From the NCBI GenBank assembly GCA_029881215.1, contig JAOUNA010000052.1, positions 1 to 16,830 of the forward strand: DNA of 16,830 bases. Reading direction: 5' to 3'. The stretch comes from Myxococcales bacterium (GTDB lineage: Bacteria > Myxococcota_A > UBA9160 > SMWR01). Of the stretch, positions 6,747 to 14,035 are shown in pieces (position 1 is the first letter of the stretch; each line of letters opens with the position of its first letter). Below the pieces are notes generated by a model. That model searched no databases. It saw only the letters and a list, made by a program, of their open reading frames with translations, and had not been told where the DNA came from. The position numbers were made by a program, and so were the translations under genes.

Positions 6747-8134
6747 CGATGATCAAGGGAAGAATCTTCCTGCTGGACGACGATGAGTTGATTTCTTCAA
6801 TGGTGGCACGATCGCTGAGGAAGGAGGGCTACGAGGTCAAGAGCGAGACGGGCACGGAAGACATCATCAGCAAGATCTCCACGTGGTGCCCGGACCTGAT
6901 CATGCTCGATATCCACCTGGATGAGGAGAAGAGCGGGCTCGACATTCTCGGCGAGCTGAAGCGAGAGGAAATTCCCGGTGAAGTCGTGATGCTGACGGCG
7001 GACGCATCGGCCGAATCAGCGATCACTGCGATGAAGCTCGGCGCAGCAGACTACCTGACGAAGCCCTTCAACATGGCTGAGGTGCAGCTCGTCATCCGGA
7101 AGGTGATCGAGAAGGAGAGGCTCAAGGAAGAGGTCCGGTACCTCAGGAAGGTCGGAACCATCGGTGTTCAGGACCAGATGATCGGTGAGTCTGCGGCGAT
7201 GGTGGAGTTGATGGAGAAGGCGGAAAAGCTCGCAGAGGCTCATGTTCAGAACGTGTTGATTACGGGCGAATCCGGTACCGGGAAGGAGGTCGCCGCGCGC
7301 TATATCCACAACCGGCTGCACGCGAGGCGCGGTGACGAGTACGCACCCTTCATTGCCGTGAATTGTACTGCCTTGCCGGAGCAGCTGTTCGAGAGCGAGC
7401 TGTTTGGCCACGTGAAGGGAGCGTTCACGGACGCGAGGAACGATAAGAAGGGAATGTTCGAGCTCGCCAACGGCGGAACCATTCTGCTCGACGAAATCGG
7501 GGACATGGCAGCGAATCTCCAGAGCAAGCTGCTTCGCGTGCTCGAGGATCGGTCGGTGAGGCGGCTGGGGGGCAAGACGGATCTTCCGGTCGACGTGAGC
7601 GTAATCGTCACGACGAACACGCGGTTGGATGAAGCGGTGAATCTCGGGAAATTCAGGACCGACCTCTTCTATCGATTGAATGCGTTTCCGCTGCACATCC
7701 CGCCGCTGCGAGAGAGACGCGAGGACATCCCGCTGCTTGCGCGGCATTTCCTGCAGTTGTTTGCGCAGAAGTACCTGAAGAGGGCGATTCGGGAGTTTTC
7801 GCCGGAGGCCGAGAGGATTCTTTGTGCGCACGACTGGAAGGGGAATTGTCGCGAGCTGCGGAACGTGATCGAGCGGATCGTGGTGCTGGAGAATGTGGAG
7901 ACGATTCTTCCGGAGCATCTTCCGGCTGCCTTGCTGAAGGAAGAGTTCGTCGAGAGGCGGCGCGCGACTGGATTCGTGCTGCCGGAGCAGGGAATTTGCC
8001 TCGAGGAAGTGGAGAGGGATCTGATCGTTCAGGCGTTGAAGCGCGCGGAGAACAACCAGACGAAGGCCGCGAAATTGCTCGATCTCTCCTACGACTCGCT
8101 GCGGTACCGCATCAAGAAGTACGGGCTGGTGTAG
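6743..8134 (+). CDS. Sigma-54-dependent response regulator of the NtrC family (REC, AAA+ sigma-54 activator, Fis-type HTH).
   Basis: GTG 6743 overlaps the HK stop (GTGA). REC domain: LLDDDE...IMLDIHL...MLTADAS...KLGAADYLTKPF. Walker A GESGTGKE. ESELFGHVKGAFTDA. The arginine-finger region is FYRLNAFPLHIPPLRERREDIP. C-terminal HTH QTKAAKLLDLSYDSLRYRIKKYGL. Confidence 0.92.
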   Translation: MTMIKGRIFLLDDDELISSMVARSLRKEGYEVKSETGTEDIISKISTWCPDLIMLDIHLDEEKSGLDILGELKREEIPGEVVMLTADASAESAITAMKLGAADYLTKPFNMAEVQLVIRKVIEKERLKEEVRYLRKVGTIGVQDQMIGESAAMVELMEKAEKLAEAHVQNVLITGESGTGKEVAARYIHNRLHARRGDEYAPFIAVNCTALPEQLFESELFGHVKGAFTDARNDKKGMFELANGGTILLDEIGDMAANLQSKLLRVLEDRSVRRLGGKTDLPVDVSVIVTTNTRLDEAVNLGKFRTDLFYRLNAFPLHIPPLRERREDIPLLARHFLQLFAQKYLKRAIREFSPEAERILCAHDWKGNCRELRNVIERIVVLENVETILPEHLPAALLKEEFVERRRATGFVLPEQGICLEEVERDLIVQALKRAENNQTKAAKLLDLSYDSLRYRIKKYGLV

Positions 8135-8138
8135 ACGG

Positions 8139-8185
8139 GAGCCGGGGCAGGGCGGGCCCAACAGCCCGACGGCTCAGCCCGGCTC
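8139..8185 (+). terminator. Candidate GC-rich hairpin (GAGCCGGG ... CCCGGCTC, 8-bp stem, long loop) immediately 3' of the response-regulator stop. It has no U-tract.
   Basis: Inverted repeat at 8139-8146 / 8178-8185, five nt after TAG 8132-8134. Confidence 0.2.
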
Positions 8186-8571
8186 TTGGGCGCGCGGATG
8201 ACACGGGCGGAGCTCGCTCTTTTCGAGGACGGCGAGCATGGCGCGCCACAATGCGGGGTGGACGTTCGCCTGCGACACGCCGAGCTGTTGGACGAGGCGG
8301 GAGTGCAGCGGACCGGAAAGCTGCTCGCATTCCGAGCGCGCCAGCTCGCGGTATGGGGCGTTGCGAAGCGAAGCTCGATGGCGGTGAAGCCGATCCCTCG
8401 CCCCAGATCATCTGGAAGACGGCGACAAGGGCGGCGCTGTACTCGTCTTGGTGCTCATCCGGCACGGTCATGGCGAGTCGGCGTGGGGCACGCACCGCAA
8501 GGGCTTCAGTGGGCTCGGAAAGCTCTGGCAGCGTGCGTGCGGCAAGCGCTGGGATCCTCCTGCGGGATCTC

Positions 8572-10923
8572 CTAGCGGAATCCGTGCGACGCGAGAACTC
8601 GGGCGGGGAATCCGGGGCCTTCTTCCTCATCGATTTCGTGCAGGTGCTTGTGCTGTGATGCCATCTCGGTCCTGATCTGGACCAAGACCTGCTGGAACTC
8701 GGGCAGATCCCAGAGCAGCTCGAAGGCCGGATCGAGGGGCAGGATCCACCAGGCCACTCGCGCGCCGGCGGCGACGTCTCGTTGCAACGCGGCCAGTGCG
8801 CGTCCCGGCTCGCCCGCGATGCTATGCGCGAGAACGTCCGCGAAGCCGTGGCCAGAAATGCCGGTCACGGGCAGCTTCTCGATGCTGGAGAGAGTCGCGC
8901 CCAGGAGCTTCACCGCGGCATTCCGGTCGCCGGTCTGCAGGCGCAGCAACGCGAGGCTTGCTGCGGCTGTGTAGTTGCTTCCTTGTACGAGGGGTGGGGT
9001 GCTCAGCAACTCCGGATAGATTCTCTCGTAGACGGCCAACGCGGCTTCGGGATCCACCGACTGAAGCTGCCGGAGCCAGAGGAGATGGGGCACGGCCTGA
9101 TATCCAGAGATGCGATCCGTTCGTGTGGCGAACGCTCGCGCGATCTCGAGCGCTTGCTGCCGGTCCCCAGCGTGAAGCGCGAAGAAATAGCGACCGGTAA
9201 GCGCGAAGTAGGTGTCGGGCGCGGTGGCCAGGAGGACTTCCAGCCACCGCGCTGCGGCCGCCGTGTCGTCCAGGTGCAGGTAGAGATGCACGAGCTCGGC
9301 GAGCATCCAGGGTGCCGGATCGAGCGCCAGGGCCCGGGCGAACCAGCGGATGCTCTCATCGATGCGGCCGAGACTCCAGCCCTGCACGATCGCAAGGGCC
9401 CAGTAGTTGGCCGTGACGTCGGGTGACTTGGCGATGTTGGCGCGCAGCCGCTCGATTCCATCCTCCACGCGCCCCGATGCGGCCAGCGCGTAGCCGAACA
9501 GATATTGAGTCACCACGTTCAGCGGGTCTCGCGCGAGGGCCTTCTCGAGGTGGCGCAGTCCCTCTTCCGGCCGTCCGAGGGTTTCGAGCAGCAGGAAGCC
9601 GTAGAGCTCGTGGGGCCCCGCATCCGGGCTCAGCTCGAACGCGCGCAGGTAGGCCGCCTCTGCGCCAGCCGGGTCGCCGAGCAGTTGGCGCAGACGTCCC
9701 AGCGTGGTGTAGGTCTGCGGAGACTCGGGATCGAGCGCCAGCGCCCGCTCCATGGCGGAGCTGGCCGAACGTTCGGCAACCTCGCGGGAGATCGATCCAA
9801 ACTCGTAGAGATTGGCGTAGATGTTCACCAGCGCTCGTTGGGCCGCGGCAAAATCCGGATCCAGCGCGGCGGCTCGACTGTACCACGAGAGCGCGACCAT
9901 CCCGCTCTGAGCGCCCACGTTCTGATGCGCGGCGCGACCCCTCAGGAAGGCTTCGTACGCCTCGATATTGGTGGTTCCGCCCCAGTCCAGCGCGCTGACC
10001 TGCAGCTCGAGGCGCAGCGCGTTGGTGATCTGCCGCGCAATGTCATCCTGGATTTCGAAGATGTCCTGTAGCTCCCGGTGATACGTCTCCGCCCACAGCT
10101 GGAACCCATCCTTCGCGCTGACGAGCTGCGCCAGCACGTGCACCTGGTTTCCGGAAGTGTGCACGCTGCCTTCGAGGATGGCCTCCACCCCGAGCGCTTC
10201 TCCGATCGTCTTGAGATCGGCATCGCTCCCCTTGAACGAGAACGAAGACGTGCGGCCCACCACCCGCAGACCCTCGAAGCGCGTGCAGATGTTGATCAGC
10301 TCCTCGGCCACGCCCTCGGCGAGATACTCCTGATCCGCGTTGTCACTCAGATTGATGAAGGGCAGCACGGCGAGGGAGCGCGGCGGGGTGGGCCTGGCGG
10401 AGCAGAACTTGACGCCCCAGACGGCGGCAGCCGTGAGCAGGAGCAGGACGGCCGCGCGGGCGACTCGGAGTGGGATGCGGATCTGCGCGGGCGCGGTGTG
10501 GCTCATCGCCGGGGCGTGACGGCGCTCCAGGGCGGGGGGCCACGCTGTGATGCTCTCGCTGCCATGCTCGCCCCGGCCGCATCGCGTCGGCGGGAGGGTC
10601 GCTTCGGGCTCCGGCAGCACGTCGACGTCCGCAACGAATCGGAAGCCGTGCCCGTGCTCGGTGCGCAACAGCTTCTGATGCTCGCCGTCGTCGCCGAGAG
10701 CCCGGCGCGCCTTCTGAACGGATCGCGCCAGCGCGGCCTGGGTTACATTGACGCCGGGCCAGAGCGCGTCGAGCAATTCGCCGCTCGACACGACGCGGTG
10801 GCGTTGCTCGATGAGGTAGGCGAGCACATCGAAAGCCTTGGGCTCCAGCGGAACCCGCTGCCCGCGCCGCAGCAGGCTCCTCGCATCGGTGTCGAGGTGA
10901 TACTCGCCGAACCCGAAGCGCAT
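8572..10923 (-). CDS. Membrane-anchored one-component regulator of the CadC/ToxR type: N-terminal OmpR/PhoB winged HTH, single TM, TolB-N-like periplasmic domain, long TPR region.
   Basis: Track ORF 8572..10962 uses a GTG start; the ATG at 10923 (MRFGFGEYHLD) is more likely. wHTH: LEPKAFDVLAYLIEQRHRVVSSGELLDALWPGVNVTQAALARSVQKARRALGDD...HGFRF. TM: IPLRVARAAVLLLLTAAAVWGV. TolB-N-like segment: LAVLPFINLSDNADQEYLAEGVAEELINICTRFEGLRVVGRTSSFSFKG...ILEGSV...QLWAETYHRELQDIFEIQDDIA. TPR-like AYxxAL repeats fill the rest. Confidence 0.8.
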   Translation of the reverse strand: MRFGFGEYHLDTDARSLLRRGQRVPLEPKAFDVLAYLIEQRHRVVSSGELLDALWPGVNVTQAALARSVQKARRALGDDGEHQKLLRTEHGHGFRFVADVDVLPEPEATLPPTRCGRGEHGSESITAWPPALERRHAPAMSHTAPAQIRIPLRVARAAVLLLLTAAAVWGVKFCSARPTPPRSLAVLPFINLSDNADQEYLAEGVAEELINICTRFEGLRVVGRTSSFSFKGSDADLKTIGEALGVEAILEGSVHTSGNQVHVLAQLVSAKDGFQLWAETYHRELQDIFEIQDDIARQITNALRLELQVSALDWGGTTNIEAYEAFLRGRAAHQNVGAQSGMVALSWYSRAAALDPDFAAAQRALVNIYANLYEFGSISREVAERSASSAMERALALDPESPQTYTTLGRLRQLLGDPAGAEAAYLRAFELSPDAGPHELYGFLLLETLGRPEEGLRHLEKALARDPLNVVTQYLFGYALAASGRVEDGIERLRANIAKSPDVTANYWALAIVQGWSLGRIDESIRWFARALALDPAPWMLAELVHLYLHLDDTAAAARWLEVLLATAPDTYFALTGRYFFALHAGDRQQALEIARAFATRTDRISGYQAVPHLLWLRQLQSVDPEAALAVYERIYPELLSTPPLVQGSNYTAAASLALLRLQTGDRNAAVKLLGATLSSIEKLPVTGISGHGFADVLAHSIAGEPGRALAALQRDVAAGARVAWWILPLDPAFELLWDLPEFQQVLVQIRTEMASQHKHLHEIDEEEGPGFPARVLASHGFR

Positions 10924-11253
10924 GGGCCGCAAGCCTCTTCGCCCCGAGGCGCATTTTGCCACGGCGCAGCGAGCAAAGGAAAGAGCGCGATTGCTGCGCC
11001 TGCGGGTAACACAATCACTCGCGCGTGTCTTTCTGGGCGTGGGGGAAGAGCCAATGTGAGGGGGAGCAGCGTGTTGCGCGCCTAGTCGGATTAGCCCCCA
11101 GACTCGGACGCTGCGTGCGACGACGCATGCCCCGGCCCGCGCGTCAGGGGGTCACGCCACCGCTGCGTTCAGCCGATGCGGGGAGGTTGGCGCGGATTCC
11201 CTGCGCGATGGGCGCGCGGAGCGGATCCTCGCCCGGATTCGAGCTCGACGCCG

Positions 11254-11664
11254 ATGTACCTCCGTTCGCGAGGCTTCGCGCTCGCCAGCATTGCGCTGGC
11301 GCTCTTTCTCGGCTGGAAGGTCCTGGCGCGTGGCGCCCACGAGGTCGTGGTGCTGCGCACCGAGACGCTCCAGGGGCAGGACCACTACGCCACCCTCTGG
11401 GTGGTCGATGCCGAGAAGTTCGTGTGGATCCGCGCCGAGAGCCCCACTCGGCGCTGGCTTCCGGCCGTGCGCAAGAATCCCCAGGTAACGCTGCGGCGCG
11501 GCGGTCGCGATCTGCGTTATCGCGCCACGATCTGGGACACACCGGAGGCGCGTGCTTACGTGGATCCGATGTTCCGCGCCAAGTACGGTCTGGCAGATAC
11601 CGCGCGCGCAATCCTGACGCAGCGCGAGACCATTCCCATCCGGCTCGAGCCGCAGGCGCGCTGA
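11254..11664 (+). CDS. Small N-terminally membrane-anchored protein with a DUF385-like (deazaflavin-dependent nitroreductase / PNPOx-like split-barrel) fold.
   Basis: Track ORF 11176..11664; the ATG at 11254 gives MYLRSRGFALASIALALFLGWKVL, a TM helix. Pattern VVLRTETLQG...LWVVDAEKFVWIRAES...WLPAVRKNPQVTLRRGG...ATIWDTPEARAY...IPIRLEP resembles the DUF385 consensus (W..NL.ANP.V ... T.EER ... IPIvv.EP). GC3 is high, and the overlapping minus-strand ORF is R/P-rich junk. Confidence 0.55.
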   Translation: MYLRSRGFALASIALALFLGWKVLARGAHEVVVLRTETLQGQDHYATLWVVDAEKFVWIRAESPTRRWLPAVRKNPQVTLRRGGRDLRYRATIWDTPEARAYVDPMFRAKYGLADTARAILTQRETIPIRLEPQAR

Positions 11665-11672
11665 CGTCGCCG

Positions 11673-12461
11673 CTAACGCTTGTCCGTGTCCTTGGAGTGG
11701 ACGATCTCGTCGATGGTGAAGCCTTCGCTCTCCGCGAGCTTCTCGATTTCCCTGCGCACGCGCTCCTTCGCCGCGACGCGGCGCTTCTCGATCTCGTCTC
11801 CAATGCGCTTGCGCAGCGACTCGAGCTCGGGCAGAGGATAGTCGGCGAGATCGAGGTCCTGTGCTCGGCGCGCGACGCGTACCGACGCCGGCGCATCGCT
11901 GTGGCGCTCGGCGCTCGGCTTCGGCGCGCTCTTCTTTTCGGCGGGCTCTTTGGCGGGCTCTGGTTTCGACTCTTCGAAGCGGATGGCGGTGTCCATGTCA
12001 TCGAGCGGATCCGAGCCGGGTTTCGTCTGGGGCGCCTGGCGCTTGTCGGACCGCGCGTCGAGGACCTGGGGCGCCTCGTCGAGCGCATCCGCGGAGTCGT
12101 CGGTGTCGAGGGAGGACGCGGCATCCAGCTCGGCGCTCTTGCTGGCGTCGACCAATGTTGCGACCCGATCCACGCCCCGGCGCAGCTCCGGGCCGGGCTT
12201 TTCGTACGCGATGGCGAAGCCGCCGGCGGTGTGTCGCGCGACCTTGCCCTCGAGCTGAAAAGGCTTGTCCTGATTGGGGAGAGATACGTACAAGATCGTG
12301 TGGGCACCGACCTTCGGCTGAAGCTCTACATCCTCGATGCGCGCGCCTGTGTACGAGATGTCGGCGAGAATCCCTTCTCCTTCCTGACGCTGGGAGGAGA
12401 AGTGCGTCTCGAACCAGGTGCGGATGCGGGGACTCCGACGTGTCGCGCTCGCTTGGTCCAT
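11673..12461 (-). CDS. PilZ-domain protein (putative c-di-GMP receptor) with an acidic/Lys-Pro-rich disordered linker and a C-terminal charged coiled-coil helix.
   Basis: Track ORF 11673..12656; the ATG at 12461 is preceded by GAGGGGTGG. The PilZ signature is RRSPRIR (RxxxR) followed 22 residues later by DISYTG (DxSxxG). The linker is DDSADALDEAPQVLDARSDKRQAPQTKPGSDPLDD...KPEPAKEPAEKKSAPKPSA. The tail is LPELESLRKRIGDEIEKRRVAAKERVRREIEKLAESEGFTIDEIV. Confidence 0.75.
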   Translation of the reverse strand: MDQASATRRSPRIRTWFETHFSSQRQEGEGILADISYTGARIEDVELQPKVGAHTILYVSLPNQDKPFQLEGKVARHTAGGFAIAYEKPGPELRRGVDRVATLVDASKSAELDAASSLDTDDSADALDEAPQVLDARSDKRQAPQTKPGSDPLDDMDTAIRFEESKPEPAKEPAEKKSAPKPSAERHSDAPASVRVARRAQDLDLADYPLPELESLRKRIGDEIEKRRVAAKERVRREIEKLAESEGFTIDEIVHSKDTDKR

Positions 12462-12633
12462 GGGTTCCACCCCTCTTGTCGTCCAGGGAAGCCCGGGCTG
12501 CCGGCCCGGCGAGCCCGCCGCGATAGGAACGCGGCTCTGGCTATGGGGGTGAATCGGCTGGGATCGAAGCGGACCTGAGATCGATTCTCGTCTCTCCGCA
12601 GCCACGTTGCTCGCGACTGCGGGGGCCCGACGC

Positions 12634-12999
12634 TCAGCGAATGCGCAGGAAGGCAAGCCCGACCGCGAGCATCACGCAGGCGCAACCCGCGGCCGTGAGA
12701 AGGAATCCGGCACCGCCCAGGTAGAACCACCGCAGCACGGCGGCGCGCTCGGGGCCCGAGAGATCCGCGTGCAGGGCGGTCGGTCGCAGCCACCAGCGCG
12801 CCGGCAGCGGCCCGTGCGCGCGCAGCGCGCGGTACAGCCGCACGTGGTACCAGAATCCGGTTGGCACGCCCAGCAGCATGCCCAGCGCCACGCAGCCGAT
12901 CCCGGCCGACAGGACCCACTCGAGCGGGAGGATCGGGACGAGCCAGCCAATCGCGCAGAGCACGACGAGCGCGGCCAGCGCGATCAGCGTTTCACGCAC
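12634..12999 (-). CDS. Small hypothetical integral membrane protein (3 predicted TM helices, W/R-rich loop).
   Basis: GTG start at 12999. Strong GC3 bias. Hydrophobic segments LIALAALVVLCAIGWLVPILPL, VLSAGIGCVALGMLLGV and FYLGGAGFLLTAAGCACVMLAVGLAFL. Same strand as the flanking SBP and PilZ genes. Confidence 0.5.
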   Translation of the reverse strand: MRETLIALAALVVLCAIGWLVPILPLEWVLSAGIGCVALGMLLGVPTGFWYHVRLYRALRAHGPLPARWWLRPTALHADLSGPERAAVLRWFYLGGAGFLLTAAGCACVMLAVGLAFLRIR

Positions 13000-13062
13000 G
13001 CCTCGCCCATCGTCCGCGCCGCGCGCGCGCTTGAACGCGTGGGCGTCGATCCACCGCTGCAG

Positions 13063-13905
13063 CTAGGGAAGTTGTTCGAGCCAGCTTGCGTCTTCGAACC
13101 AGCGATCCTGGAGCTGCGCGAGCCTGCCGGTGAACTCGAGACCCTGCAGCAGGTTGTCGACGAAGTTGAGCAGCAGCGGGTCCCCGGCCGGGAGCGCGAT
13201 GCCGATCGGCTCGTGGGTCAGCCGGGTGATCACCGAGACCAGATCGCTGTCGGGGTTCCGGGCGTGGGCGACCAGGCAGATGGGATAATCGGCGATCATC
13301 ACGTCCGCCTCGCCCGAGAGCACGCGGCTCACGGCCGTGTCGTAGTCGGGCGCGGTCGTCAGCCGCGCCGCCGGAATCAGCTTCTCGACGAACGCCTGGC
13401 TCGTGGAGCCCTGCAGCGCGGTGACGGTGAGGTTTGCACTGTTGATTTCCGCGGCGCTCTCTGCCGAGGCAAGGCTGCTGGCCTTGGTGAGCACGCACTT
13501 GCCGGAGACGAAGTACGGACCCGCGAAGGCCACCCTCAGGTTGCGCTCGGGCGTGATGGTCATGGCGGAGAGCACCATGTCCACCTTGCCGGTCTCGAGC
13601 GCTCCGAGCAGCTCCGAGAACTGCAGCCTCTCGAGTCGCAGCTTCACGCCCATTGCAGACGCGAGGTACGCGGCCAGATCCGGCTCGAGTCCGATGATCT
13701 CACCGCTGCGCGTCGTCATGTTGAGCGGCGGCATGCTGGCTGCGGTCCCGACCACCAGCTCCCCGCGCGAGAGAATGCGGTCCAGGACCGGCGAGTAGGT
13801 GGCCGCCGGCGTGCCCCCGACGTGCGAGCAGCCGAGCAGCAGGAGCAGCGGCGCGGCCAGGGTCCAGCGCGTCCAACGAGTCGGTCGGGTCTGCGGTCGG
13901 TGCAT
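13063..13905 (-). CDS. Orphan lipoprotein substrate-binding protein of the SBP_bac_3 (polar amino-acid binding) family.
   Basis: Track ORF 13063..13920; the ATG at 13905 follows GGGAGGAG with a 5-nt spacer. Lipobox LLLLGC. Family pattern LVVGTAASMPPLNM...GEIIGLEPDLAAYLASAMGVKL......F..L..AL..GKVDMVLSAMTIT.ER...V.FAGPYF.SG....GEADVMIADYP. No permease or ATPase gene lies within the window. Confidence 0.85.
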   Translation of the reverse strand: MHRPQTRPTRWTRWTLAAPLLLLLGCSHVGGTPAATYSPVLDRILSRGELVVGTAASMPPLNMTTRSGEIIGLEPDLAAYLASAMGVKLRLERLQFSELLGALETGKVDMVLSAMTITPERNLRVAFAGPYFVSGKCVLTKASSLASAESAAEINSANLTVTALQGSTSQAFVEKLIPAARLTTAPDYDTAVSRVLSGEADVMIADYPICLVAHARNPDSDLVSVITRLTHEPIGIALPAGDPLLLNFVDNLLQGLEFTGRLAQLQDRWFEDASWLEQLP

Positions 13906-13996
13906 CGGGGCTCCTCCCATCTGAGCGCTGCGTCACCGCGGGGCGTGGAGCGGAGCGCGGGGAGCGGGAGGGTAGGCTGCGGAGACCTGCTGTCGA

Positions 13997-14028
13997 GGCC
14001 CGCGCTGCAATGCGAGGGCGCGGGGGCC
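13997..14028 (-). terminator. Candidate GC-rich hairpin 3' of the zinc-ribbon membrane protein gene (GGCCCGCGC - 12-nt loop - GCGCGGGGGCC). It has no U-tract.
   Basis: Inverted repeat 13997-14005 / 14018-14028, 8 nt beyond the stop at 14036. Confidence 0.2.
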
Positions 14029-14035
14029 GGGGAGC

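Noticed and set aside
7016-8161. 381-aa minus-strand ORF
   Set aside because: It is entirely antisense to the sigma-54 response-regulator gene, whose AAA+ and REC motifs are unambiguous. The translation is low-complexity and R/L/P-rich.
8177-8398. HTH-like open frame (...LGVSQANVHPALWRAMLAVLE...) on the minus strand in the RR/CadC intergenic region
   Set aside because: It has no ATG/GTG/TTG start before residue ~45 of the open frame and is bounded upstream by a stop. It is reported only as a possible gene remnant, not as a gene.
10963-11000. 8-bp inverted repeat GGCGCAGC ... GCTGCGCC with a 22-nt loop upstream of the CadC-like gene
   Set aside because: Short GC-rich stems like this occur by chance frequently in ~67% GC DNA. 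It has no U-tract, and its position (5' of a gene start) does not fit a terminator. It is noted only as a weak possible regulatory hairpin.
11025-12578. 517-aa plus-strand ORF and 387-aa minus-strand ORF (11144..12307)
   Set aside because: Both are R/A/P-rich. The real genes here are the DUF385-like gene (plus, different frame, 11254..11664) and the PilZ gene (minus, 11673..12461), both with domain signatures and high GC3.
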